DNA of 64,000 bases, from positions 22,074,001 through 22,138,000 of the forward strand of contig NC_045696.1 of the NCBI RefSeq assembly GCF_009834535.1, read 5' to 3'. Both the position numbers and the translations under genes were made by a program. Below are positions 27,501-39,360 of the stretch, in pieces. Every line of letters starts with the position of its first letter. Within the stretch, counting starts at the first letter, position 1. Source of the DNA: Camelus ferus (taxonomy: Eukaryota). Under the pieces are notes generated by a model. That model saw nothing but the letters and a program-made list of their open reading frames with translations, ran no database searches and was not told the DNA's origin.

Positions 27501-29661
27501 AGCAGCAGATCAAAAATGAATTAAATGAAGTAGACATTTATTATTTCATTTAAAAAGAAAGTGAATCCAAGGTTGGTACAGTGATTCAATTATGTCATAT
27601 GGGTCCAGGTTCTTTCTATCTTTCACTGTTCCAATCCTCAATATGTTAGCAATGTCTGCCTTCATGGTCACAAAATGGCTGCTAGAGCGTCAGCATCACA
27701 TCAACACAAGAGTAAAGAATAGACAAATCATAAAGGAAGAGGGCAAGCAGAATTTTTTTTCCAGAGGTTTTTCCGTTCTACCACACTTTTGCTACCCCTC
27801 GCTGACCAAGATGGAAACTTGTCCATTGTTAAAACAGATGAAGAAGAATGAAATACCCATAACTGGCAAAGAAGAGTTCTCCCTGGCTAGAGAATAGAGA
27901 ACAAAGATGCATCCTCCCTGCCTTACTCTACCAAAAGAATGAAGTGACAACTCTGTTTACACAGAAGAGGAGGAAATGGCTATATTCCGCAGTATTTGCA
28001 CAGTTCATTAACAGCATGATATATAGCAGATGCTGAAGAGCCAGCACACTCTCAAATCATGCATTCACTTATTCACTCAACAAATATTTGGCAGGCACTA
28101 TTCTCTGTCCCTGAGATACATGTGAGAACAAAATATAACTTCCAAACCTCGCTGAATTTATATGTTAGAAGAGAAATACAAACAATGAACAGTATGTATG
28201 ATAAATAAGATAAATGTATCACATAAACATTACATATATACATGAAAGTGATGATTTTCTTTTCCCCAATATCAAGGTAAGGTAGAACTGGGTAGAAGCT
28301 TTAAATATGGCGATCAGAGAAGGCCTCCTGAGGAAGTGACAATGATTAAACGGCACAAGGTCAGACTGTTGCCTTCCCAGCCCAAACTAATTTTTCAGAT
28401 GGTTTCAAGAGAACTGCCATTAAAATGAAAGAACATGTCAGAAGAAGAGCAAGAGAGCAAAACCTGAAGTACTGCATAGAATATGTCCAGAAAAATTTTG
28501 GTTGTGCTTACAGACACACTGAAAGGAAGTAAACTAGGAGCTTACTAAGATTAAGGAAACTGTGTTGGTAAAGAATCTATAAGCCTGAAAACCAAAGAGC
28601 CATGTGACTCTTTGAGCTTTAAAACAACCTTTGGGCCTACAAACAGCTGTAAAATATATGTAGCCTCTAAGGGGAACATATACCCACAACCCACTTCAGA
28701 TGTGGCCAAGAATAATAGACAAGTAAGATTCCTCCAAAGAGCAGAACAGGGGACTACAGAAAGCAATGGCCAAGAACTCCCTCCTGGAGAGCAGAAACAG
28801 GGTCCAGTCGAGGAACTCTAGACTGGCAGAGCAGAGGCTTTTCAGACCCCTGCCCAGGTGGTCTCCATCAACTAATGACTAGTGACTGCTGAGTCACTCA
28901 CTCTTCTCTTACCTGAAAAGGAATTCCAGCTTTCTGACCCACCCTTATCTACCTGAGTTACACCTGGACTGAGTGAAAAGACTGAACATCACCCAAGCAT
29001 CATTAGATTTGAGCTGGATACAGCAATTAGATGGAATTTTGAGTTGTCTGCCTCAGGGAAAGGGAGAGTGTGTTCTATGTGTCTCGCATGGAGAAGGATA
29101 CACACAAAAACGTGACAGTCAGAGACGCAGGCTATGGGAGAGACAGCTAGCCACCCACCAATATTCATCCACCCCTTACTCCTGACACATAATTAGGTTA
29201 CGTTTCCCGGTCTCCCTTGCAGACTGACGTATTCATATGACAAAAATCTCAGCTGTAATATATGAGTAGTTGTGATATGTGCCTGCCTTTTCAGGACTTG
29301 GGTGTCCTGAAAGAGAGGTGTGCCTTGTGCACACTGTTCCCCTCTCCACTGGCTGAAACTTGAATAAGGTTTGACCTGATGACCAAGTCCCAGAGGATAA
29401 AAGAGTTATGATAAGTTGGAAGAATCCTGGGTCCCTGAATCACCATGTGGAAGAGAGCTGCTACCAACAGGGAGCACCCTTGATTGATTATCATGGGGGA
29501 AAAATAAGCTTCTTGTTCATTAAGTCACTGATTTTCTAGGTCTATTTTTACAACAACTTAGTCTACTCTAACACAGAAAGTTAACTCCCTGGCTAAAGTA
29601 GAAATTATGTTCTATATAGTTTAAGGTGGCAAAAAAGAACATAATACACTTTAGCAAACTT

Positions 29662-29990
29662 TTCTCTTGGTTATTATGGGATGCTATTACAGAATACCCT
29701 AGACTTGGTGGCTTATAAACAGCACAAAATTTATTTCTCTCAGTTCTAGAGGCCAGAAGTCCAGGATTAAGGTGCTGGCAGATTCAGCGTCTGGGGAGAT
29801 CCTACTTCCTGTTCCACCAGCAGCCAACTTTTCACTGTGTCCTCATGTGTAGGAAGGTCTCTTTTCTAAGGGCACTAATCCTATTCATGAGGGCTCTCCT
29901 CTCATGACCAAATCATCTCCCAAAGGCCTCACACTGGTGGTTAGGATTTCAACATATGAATCTGGGAGAACATAAACACTGTCCATTGCA
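29662..29990 (-). mobile_element. MaLR LTR (MLT1A-like)
   Basis: CAGAATACCCTAGACTTGGTGGCTTATAAACAGC..TTTATTTCTCTCAGTTCTAGAGGCCAGAAGTCC..GGATTTCAACATATGAATCTGGG, similar to the 13269-13647 copy. Confidence 0.75.
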
Positions 29991-32900
29991 GCTTTCTTTC
30001 AAAATAGCTAAAATCCTTAAGGTTTTTAAAACTATCATTTTCCAGTTATTTTGGGGAAAAGCCCTGTTGTGGAACCCTTAATTTCCTACAGATTATAGAT
30101 AAGTGAATCATTACTGTATTTAACATGTAAGAATTAGCAGAATAGTGGGGGAAGAAAAGCAGGACAGAAAAGTATTTGTCAATGTAGTACTTAGACATCT
30201 TTACAGTGCTAAAACAATTAAAATGCAAATATATTCCAATGCCATTAAAAACTCCATTCCAAAAGCAATTCCTTAATGCCTGTCTCTTGCACCAGGAGCT
30301 AAATTTCTCAAGAGTAGGGACTCTGTTTTGCTCCCTCCTATGTAACTAATACGTGGAACAGTATCTCAAATATAATGAGCATTTGATTAAAAATTGTTGA
30401 ATGAATAAATAAGTAAATGAATGAATGAACAAATGAAAAAAGCATTTACAAATTTTAATTAGTTTTAACTTTTGTGGAAAAGTACCATGTTTAGTAGAAA
30501 TTCCAAAAACAAAAAAACAAAAAAGTTGTATTCTTTTTGACTTACCATAAACACTGTCATCTATCTCCCATCAAAAAACTTCCCTGAATTAAAGAAAATT
30601 CTGAAAATTTATAATTCTGAAATTCAAAATTCTCTAAGTCAATAGGCACACCAGTAGTCAACTGAGAGATATGCTGGGGTTTCAATTTCTAGCTTGAGTA
30701 TTCTACATCCAGACATCTGACATTTATACAATGAAATATAAAAATAAGCCTCTGGTAAAATATTATGAAACAGACTCCTTTCTAACTTCAGACATCAATC
30801 CCAAACTTTCCTTTTATCATCTTGAATTTAACAGCAGGAACTGTGCACATTACTAAAGACTGGCTTTAGACCCACAGTGGAAAAAAAAATCAGTATCTTG
30901 GTAGTTAACTCCCAGTCTCCTCCCAGCAATGCCAACAGTAGATTTATCCACCCACAGACTGGAAATAAGTTTGGTTTGGTTTGCTCGCACAACAGGACAA
31001 TGGATCAGCAGACAGCTCGTCCATAATGTCAGCATTACTGACACCATGGGTGGTAAATCCCTTTAATGCAAATAGTTGTATCCCAAGCTTTCAAAGGGAT
31101 GCTTGTCTAAGCTTAAGAGGACCCATAATTTTAAGACAGACATTTCCTTCAGCGTTAAGGACTCCAATGAAGCAGCACTAAATTTTGTCTGGAATCCTAT
31201 AAAAAATTAGACTTTTAGAAAATGGACCAACAAAACTGAAATGAGCTTACCATATTGTTCAATTTGAGTATAAAGCAAAAAGAATTCTAAAACAAATAGT
31301 CAATTTTTACTTTCTTGCTTACCAAAAATAAGAAATAGTTTAATAGGTATTTTACTTCAAATAGATTATTTAAGCCAGCATTGAATCTAAGATTGAAAAT
31401 TCAGTCTTCAGTGTTTATTAACCAATTTTAATTTTTAATATATGATTCATTCACTCAACACATTCTTTCAAGAAATATTGATTGAGTCCTGCAACAGAGA
31501 CTGCTTGTTGCTTATTCTAATATCCACTGTCCCTATTCTAGAAGCCCTGAATTTCAGCTAGGTACATGGATGCTGAAATAAAGACCAGATCCCAAGTTTC
31601 CCTTTCATCTAGGCTCTTACCTGGAAGTGGGGACTGGGGGTAACCAGAAATGTTACGTAGCAGCTTTTGAGAAATAGTCTTAAAAAGCAGCTGGTATATA
31701 TTCTTTGCCCTGTCTTCTCACTTTCCTCCACCCTGCTGTTTAGGATCTGTTTCTATTGGAAGGGGCTATCTCTGATGCAAAACAATGAGACCCACATCCT
31801 GGGGATGACAGAGTGGAAGGCTAGAAGCAGCATGTGTTCCTGAGGACTTTGTGGGTCAGAGCCCCCACACCAGCCCCAGACTGCCTACCTCCAGGCTTTT
31901 CATGAAGAGAAAAAATAAAGTCCTATCTTTTAAAGTCATTTGTATTTGGGGTGTTCATATTACGGCAGTGAAACCTAATCCTAACTGATACAAGCACAAT
32001 CTGTAAAATAAGCGTTGAAATACAAGATGAGTAAGGCAAGATTCCTTGCACACAACCCCAAATTCTAGCAATGAATACGGAAGTCCAAAGAACACCAGAG
32101 TGGATTATGATAGATGGTTTTTGCCTATTTGTTATGGTTTCAAACCAACTCCCTTCTTCTGGTAGCAACAGCCACTTTTCTTTGGAGAAGCTCTTCTCCC
32201 ATATCATAAGATCAGATTTTAATTCCTGTAGCCCCATTTCTGAGCCAACCTGTTATTTGGGGGGGGTGGGGTGGGGAATGCAATCCAAGCCTGGCCAATT
32301 AAAGTACTGGCCATTGTAACTGATTCAGGAATGATCATATAAATTAAACTCAGCCATTTAGAATCCTGCTGTATTAACAATCATCACTATAATATGCTGC
32401 ATAACAAAACAACCCACAACTCAGTGCTTACAACAACAAGCATCTATCAGGGGTCCACAGGTCCACTGGGCCTCCTTAGCTTTAGGCTGCTGACTGCACC
32501 CAGGTCTGCTCCACATGTTTCTCATCCTCCTCAGACCCGCAACCATCTGGGTGAAGTTTTCTCAATAACACATGGCAGAGGCACAAGAAGCCAAGCTAAG
32601 TCACACAAGCACATTTGAGGTCTCTGCTCATGTCATGTTGATTAATATTCCAGTGGGGTGGGGAAACATACTCTGCTCACTGTAGGGAACTATGACATCA
32701 CATGGCAGAGGGAGGGTATGAAGAAGTGGAAATAATAATACAGTCAATTATGCGCACATCTTGAGTTTCCAGCACCTTTAAAGTCATGGTACTAAAAGGC
32801 CCTAAGCCTGAAGCTGCATGTGCCAATGTTCCAGGCTAAACAGATGAAGCGAAGTACATCTCCTACAGCAGAGAGTAAGTTAACACATGAAGAGAAGCAA

Positions 32901-34699
32901 AGACAGCAGAGGTAAGAAATGGATGGGGAGACACACCAAGTGTACTGAATCCTCTACTTTATATTGGGAACATGCCAGGAAAAAATACCGAGAATAGCAG
33001 TGGCACGAACAAAAGTTGTGGGGATTCAGAAAAGTGAGAAGATTAAAGAAATTTTTGAAGCAGACATTGATCAGAATGATGAGCAAGAGTCATTTTCACC
33101 ACAGCAGACACAGAAATGATTTTCAGAAAAGAAAATTACATAAACGCTCTAGCAGTCATCATTGGTTTATGTACCTAATCTCTTTTCTTAGCCTTCTGTC
33201 ATAGAGGCGAAAAAACCTACTCACTTTCTTAGAATCTGTTGTTGTCATGTAGTTTTGATGATTAGACAGAACAGAAACCTGCTGGGGTCTCTCAGGAAAG
33301 CTTTTCCTTCCTTGCAAAAATGGAAGAAGCAACTTTCTCTCCTACTTCTTCCCGCTACCCCTTCCATCTCCATCTTCCTGTCTGGAAGACAGCTTGCTCC
33401 CTAACTGGAGGGCAGCCATTCTGCTCTTGAGAAGGAAAGCCCAAATGGCTGCAGAGAGGGCGGTCTTGATGCAATGAGCCAGTGAACCACTGCCAGCAGC
33501 TGGCTCCACTGATCTCATTTGCTGAAACAAATAAAACCTTTCCTGATTCAGATGCTGTTGACCTGGTTTTCTGTTACTCACATCTGATAGGATTCATAAC
33601 TAACTGAAGCCTAAAGTAAAGGTAATGTCAGTTTTAGGACAAGAATCAATTATACAGCTAACCTTTGTATACCACCCTACAGTTTATAACACATTTTTAC
33701 ACACTTTATTGAGTTACTAAATTAGAAAGGATTACAATTAATTAAAGATAAAATCTTTGACTATCAGAGTAAGTAAGTTAGGTTTTTTCAAATGAGACAG
33801 TAAACTAGAAAGTCCACTATCACTGTCTAAATGCTAAATAGATTTATCTATTACTGCTATGAGAAAGGCAAGAAGCCATGACAAGTTTTTGAGAAGGGGA
33901 TTTCATCTGTGTTTATTTCATAATGCACTGTGAAGGACGGACAGAAAAAATTAGACTGAACCAAAGAGATCTGAGAAGCTTTTGTCTGATGAACGAAGGA
34001 TTCACTGACAAAACAACAACGGACTCTAGCGAGGATGGAGTAAAGAGTACCAGGATAGCTCTTCAAAGTTATAAAGCAGGGTAAAACATATGAAATACCT
34101 ATTTTCAGACACTGTAACACAGGCAGAGCAAAAATGCGATCCCAAAAAGTAAGGAAACAAATGAGGTGAGCCCTACAAGTGCCCTGGCTTTATGCCTGGC
34201 GGTACTTTCAGACCATGGTCCATGTAAGCAGATTCAAGAAAAGCTGGGATGAGGAGATACAAATTGAGTCTGGGGAGTATGAGAGGTCTGGAATTTGCAA
34301 TAAGGAATCCTAGACAGGAAAAACTATACACAAAAAGAGTTTCTGAATACAATTTAAGTCTTTGCCTGACTACTAAGCTGTCAGCATACAGGGTATAGGG
34401 TGAAGCCCCAAGACGCTGGGCAAAAATTAACTACCAGGGGAAAAATAATTACTGGGGAACTACAATCTGACAACTACTGGAGCTCACAGGGAAAGTAATT
34501 ATTTGAGTTTTATCCAACCAGAGTACAGAAACTTTACTGAAGGCTTGTGATACAGAAAGCCTGAGCCACTCCTTGACAAGAGGACTAGAAAATTCTTGTA
34601 ACAAAAGGACAGTCGAGACTCTCACAAAGTTTAATAAGCTACTAGGGTAACAGCTTCCCAAAACAAAGCCCAACACTCTTTAAAAATTCAGACATTCAA

Positions 34700-35235
34700 T
34701 GTATTCGTTTTATAATGCTTCCATAACAAAGTGACACAAATTTAATGGCTTAAAACAATACCATTTATTATCTCATAGTTCTGTAGGTAACAAGTTCAGG
34801 TACAATGCAATTCAAACCCTTCATTTAGAATCTCATGAGGCTAAAATCAAGGTGATGGCAGGGCATTGGAATGAACTTCCAAACCCATTTACTTTTTTGG
34901 CTGAATTCAGTTCCTAGCAGTGTTAGGACTGAAGTCCCCATTTCCTTGCTGGCTGCTAGCTGGGTTCCAGTCTTTGCTCCTAGAGCAATGGTGTCTCAGG
35001 TCCCCCTCATGTTTCCAACCACTTTGACTTCCTCTTCTGCTGCATCTCTCTGACTTTAGTTGGAGAAAGTTCCTTGCTTTTAAAGGTTCATGTGATTAGA
35101 CTCAGATCTCCCCAATAACAGGATAATCTCCATATCTGAAAGCCCATAACCTTAATTATATCTGCAAAATCTCTCTTGCTGTGTCACATATATATTCACA
35201 GGATGCAGGGATTGGGTGCTACTCTGCCTACCACA
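34700..35235 (-). mobile_element. MaLR LTR (MLT1C/D-like) inserted in old L1 sequence
   Basis: TGTATT...CCTACCACA termini with near-matching 5-bp flanks TTCAA/CTCAA. Internal GGCTTAAAACAATACCATTTATTATCTCATAGTTCTGTAGGT. Confidence 0.75.
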
Positions 35236-35539
35236 CTCAACAATGTCACTTTTACAATAGTCAGCATCCAATCAAAGCACATCATAGAAGCAAGAAAATA
35301 TGACTCTTACTCAGGAGGGGAAAAAAATCTATTAGTAAAAGCAGGCAGCATGTTAATACAAAGACACAGAGGGGGTAAAAGTAAAAAGACTAGAAAAGAT
35401 ATACATAGAAACAACTAATCATGAGAGAGTAGGAGTTCCTGTATTAATACTGGAGAAAGTAGATTTCAGGAGAAGAAATATTACCAGAGATAAAAAGTTG
35501 TTCAGTGATAAAAAGGGTCAAATTATCAAGAAGAGGAAA

Positions 35540-36150
35540 CAGTCTTAGCTATGTAAAATGTTACAACCACTTAGGAAAGCAGCTGGCAATTTCTTTTAAA
35601 AGTAAGTGTACACTTACCATACAAGTCACCAATTCCACTCCTGGGTATTTGCCTAAGAGAAAGAAAACATAAATAAACACACAAAAAGATTTTTACAGGA
35701 ATATTCATAGCAGCTTTATAATAGTCCCCAAACTAGAAATAACTCAAGTATTCATAAGTGAATGGATAAACAAATTGTGGAATACTATTCAGCAATAAAA
35801 AGGAACTAGTATTACAAAGCATCACTGTGAATCTCAAAACCATGCTAAATAAATGAAAGCAGCCAATCACAAAAGAATACATACCATTTAACTCTACATA
35901 TATACAGCTCTAGAGCAGGTAAAACTTGTCCTTAATGATGTAAAGTGGATCAGATGTTGGGGGGGCTTGACTGAGAAGGAGCATAAAGAATTTTGGGGTT
36001 CTGGATATGTTCTATATCTGCATTGGGATGGTGGATACACTATTGTACACATTTGACAAAATTCAGTGACTGTACTTTTAAAATAGGAAAATTTTATTTC
36101 CGTAAGTTATACCCTGATGTGTAGACTTTAAAAAAATAATTAAAAAATAA
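35540..36150 (+). mobile_element. Old L1M 3' end fragment
   Basis: CAACCACTTAGGAAAGCAGCTGGCAATTTC..AATTCCACTCCTGGGTATTTGCCTAAGAG..GAATGGATAAACAAATTGTGG followed by an A-rich tail. Confidence 0.7.
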
Positions 36151-36369
36151 AAAAGGTAGAGTTTTAAGCAGAGTTAACGGGGTAAGATGCCACAGAAAGA
36201 GAGAGAACGCTGAGAAATGAAAAGAACTTATTCAATACAAGGAAACTTCGTGATTTTAGAAAGCACTTTCATTGAAAAGATGGATAGAATCCAAGATGCA
36301 AGACATTTTAGTCATATTTATCTTGAATGTAAAATTCAAAAAGAAAACATACAGACTTTTCTATTTCAA

Positions 36370-36530
36370 TTGTGCTTCTCAGACTTTAATGTGCATAAAT
36401 CACCTGGAGGTCTTCCTAAAAGGCAGGTTCTGATTCAGGAAGTCTTGGGTGAGACTTAGTCTATATTTCTAACTAGATACAAGGTGAGGCCAATGTTGCT
36501 GGTTCATCTCTTACACTGTAAGTAGAAAGA
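36370..36530. mobile_element. MER5-family hAT element
   Basis: CTTCTCAGACTTTAATGTGCATAAATCACCTGGAGGTCTT..CAGGTTCTGATTCAGGAAGTCT..TTTCTAAC. Confidence 0.6.
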
Positions 36531-37639
36531 ACACAGACCACTCTTCTGAGGCACTGATGGTTTATTTATAATGTGCTAATTTGGTCTGGAGGTTCCCAGG
36601 ATCTGTGGAATCCATTCCTACCATCAGTTACAGGGAGCCTGACAACCCAGCCCCCCTTTCTCTTTGTTAGTGTAACCAGAACAAGTGCTAGTGATGCTCT
36701 GGAAAATAACAGTGATTTTACATCAATCAGCAGCTTCGGGTTCAAATCCCAGCTTTGTTTCTAAACCAACTGATAATCTGGGTTCCTAATTTGCATTCCT
36801 AGGATGAAAACGAGAGAACGGTTCTCGGTTCTTGTTTCTCTTCTCAAGGCTGTTTGAGGAGGATTATAATAGAAAACGTAACTGAAAATATTACATGAAC
36901 CATACTCTTTAAAAAAAAAAAAAAGAATGGTTTAAAACGTCAAGCAAAGTGGGCAAAAGAAGTCTTTAGTACCTCACAGGTTTTTTTTAGAGAGGCGGGA
37001 CCTAAAATAAGAGGTGGGGCCCCAGGATGATCCCCGTGGGCGTGTAAGGAATGCGCCACATTACAGGCAGGGGCGCCCCGTGTCTAAAACAATCTGTAAA
37101 AAATAAGCTTCTGTATTTAAAATTATCCTAAATTCTGAAACTTGAAACACGAACTTTTCCGTCATTAAATATTTCAACTGGCACCTAACTCAAAGTTCGG
37201 TGATACTATTTTCCTTCAGTCTACTGCTTTCAGACAAAGTTCTACCCACGCATCTCGCTCCCTCTCTCGCATCCACTCGTCACTCTCCGGCCCCCGCGCC
37301 CGGCGGCCCCCGCCCGGGGCAGTAGTTTCCACTACGCTAAAGGGGGAGGTGGTGACGGACTCCTCTATCTACTTGCCTCGAGGAGGGGGCGTGTGAGGAG
37401 CCACCTCCACAGGACGGTAAGAGACCCGGCGCCGACACGCGGAATCAGGGGCAAACGCGGGTTGAGGAGGCGGCGTCGGCGCAGCAGCAGGGAGGCGGGG
37501 CCGGGGTCCGACGTGCGGGCGCGCGGCTTCGCCCTCCGCCGCGCCGCCCCCCGCCCCGCACCCCCGGAGCCTCGGAGGGATGGCACCGGCGGGAGGGGGC
37601 GGGGCCGCGCGGCAGCCTTCTCCGCGGCGGCCGCCTGCG

Positions 37640-37710
37640 CTGCGGCCGGAAACAATAGTGGAGGAGCCCGAGCCGCGCGGATCGGTTGCAGCGGCTCGCG
37701 AAGCCGGACG
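37640..37710 (+). other. C21orf91: Exon 1 (5' UTR); start approximate, splice donor after 37710
   Basis: Donor CCGGACG|GTAAAG inside the CpG island pairs with the acceptor TTTTCTGTTTCTTAATAG|GGGCACTATG at 38699. The TSS cannot be determined from sequence. Confidence 0.7.
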
Positions 37711-38204
37711 GTAAAGACCCCGCTTCCCCGCCCCCGACCCTCCTGCGTCCCGGTCCTCGGCCTCGCGGTCCCGCTGCCTCGCACTCCGAGCCCCGCGGCC
37801 GCTGGCGCTGTTCCGCGCGGGGCGCCCGGTCGGACGGTCGGGGAGACCGACACGGGTCCGCGGCAACCTGAGGGGCGGGCGCGCGCCCCCAACGCCGGAG
37901 GCCCGGCTGGGACCCGACTCCCCGAGACGCAGAGTCCGGGAGGACCGGCTGCGGTGGCCCTCGAACGCATTCTCTCTGGGCGGGAGGAAGCCCAGGGCGA
38001 GGGGACGCGAAGCTCCCGCCGGCCGGGCTCCGGGACCCCCGGCCGGGCTTGGCCACCCCGCCTCCGGCCGTGCCCGAGCGGCACAGCGGAGCCGCTGCCC
38101 GGCCTTCCGTGCGGATCCTTTGGACACTCCCGGGACCCCTCCCTAGTGTTCTTTTCCACGTGCATTTTTTTCTGCCCCCGGATCTCGGATAGGAAACCTT
38201 GCTA

Positions 38205-38264
38205 CGCCGAGCTAGCGAAACGCCTCTAAGGTTCCGCCGAGCTAGCGAAACGCCTCTAAGGTTC
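38205..38264. repeat. Perfect 30-bp tandem duplication
   Basis: CGCCGAGCTAGCGAAACGCCTCTAAGGTTC occurs twice (38205-38234, 38235-38264). Confidence 0.97.
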
Positions 38265-38639
38265 CCACCATGAAGTTAGCGAAGAGGTGTCCCGAGCAGG
38301 TCTTTCTTCCTGCATTTAACAGCGTTAAGTAGGTTGACAGACCCGGCATCTGAAAAGGCCTCGCTACTAAGCTCTTTCTATGCCTGGTCAGGGATGGGGG
38401 GCGCGGGCTCGAATGCCAGAAAACTGCTTTCCGCCAGATCCCCCCCAACCAAGTAAAACACAGGATCAAAAAAGGCACTTAGGCATAGTGTCACTTACGA
38501 CTAGGCTTTAAGTTTTATTAGCTTTGTGTCTTTGCACAGTAATATGATATTGAAGTACAATTATGGCGATGCTTGTTTGATGGGGCTGTTGCTTTAGATA
38601 AACTGAACAGCATCCTTCTCTCTTCCTAGAAGTGCCTAA

Positions 38640-38846
<207 letters not shown>

Positions 38847-39199
38847 TAGATTAATTTTATGGCATGAACTTTACAGAACTACTTTATGCTGAACCAGTTA
38901 TAAGCTAAAACTAAAATTTCTTGAATGATTGTAAACTGTGACATGAATGAAGTGTGGAGATCTGTTAAAGATAAAGAGTTCCTGGAAATGAAGCGGAAGT
39001 TAGCACTGCTATGAATTTAAGAGAAACTTTTTTTTAAACTCCTGCAGTGTTAATCCCAGTTTTGCTAATATAAAGATGAGGTATGAGTATTAACTGGTAA
39101 ACTTTTCCGGTTTCAAAGCTTATTAAGTTGGCAGATTTTAACACAATTGTTTTTGTGTTTGTTTTGTTTTTGTTTTTTGTTTGTTTTTTAATATTAAGA

Positions 39200-39360
39200 A
39201 CTAACATAACAGACTGACAGAAAACAAACTTACGGTTACGAGGGGGTAGAGGGGGTAGGAAGGGATAAATTGGGAGTTTGAGATTTGCAAATAGTAACTA
39301 CTGTATATAAAATAGATAAGCAGGTTTGTACTGTATAGCACAGGGAACAATATTCAAACT
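39200..39360 (+). mobile_element. Short artiodactyl-type L1 3' UTR fragment in intron 2
   Basis: CAGAAAACAAACTTACGGTTAC..GGGATAAATTGGGAGTTTGAGATTTGC..ACTGTATAGCACAGGGAACAATATTCAA, similar to the 22136-22468 copy. Confidence 0.8.

Larger units (their letters stand above)
37240..38420 (+). promoter_or_regulatory. C21orf91: CpG island / TATA-less promoter of C21orf91
   Basis: Abrupt GC- and CpG-rich block in an AT-rich background. GC boxes at 37491-37502 and 37596-37605 (GGGGCGGGGC). ETS-like CCGGAAA at 37646-37652. Lies directly upstream of the first coding exon. Confidence 0.9.

Noticed and set aside
2300..37000. Additional genes or lncRNA exons upstream of C21orf91
   Set aside because: Short ORFs fall mostly in decayed repeats with no recognisable homology. 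Isolated splice-like sites (e.g. near 17600) cannot be supported without transcript data.
37365..38229. Long ORFs (203-278 aa) on both strands over the CpG island
   Set aside because: Low-complexity Arg/Pro/Gly/Ala translations in several overlapping frames, as expected from stop-poor GC-rich DNA. No recognisable protein.
38205..38264. CRISPR-like array
   Set aside because: Two abutting copies with no spacer, in mammalian DNA. It is a simple tandem duplication.
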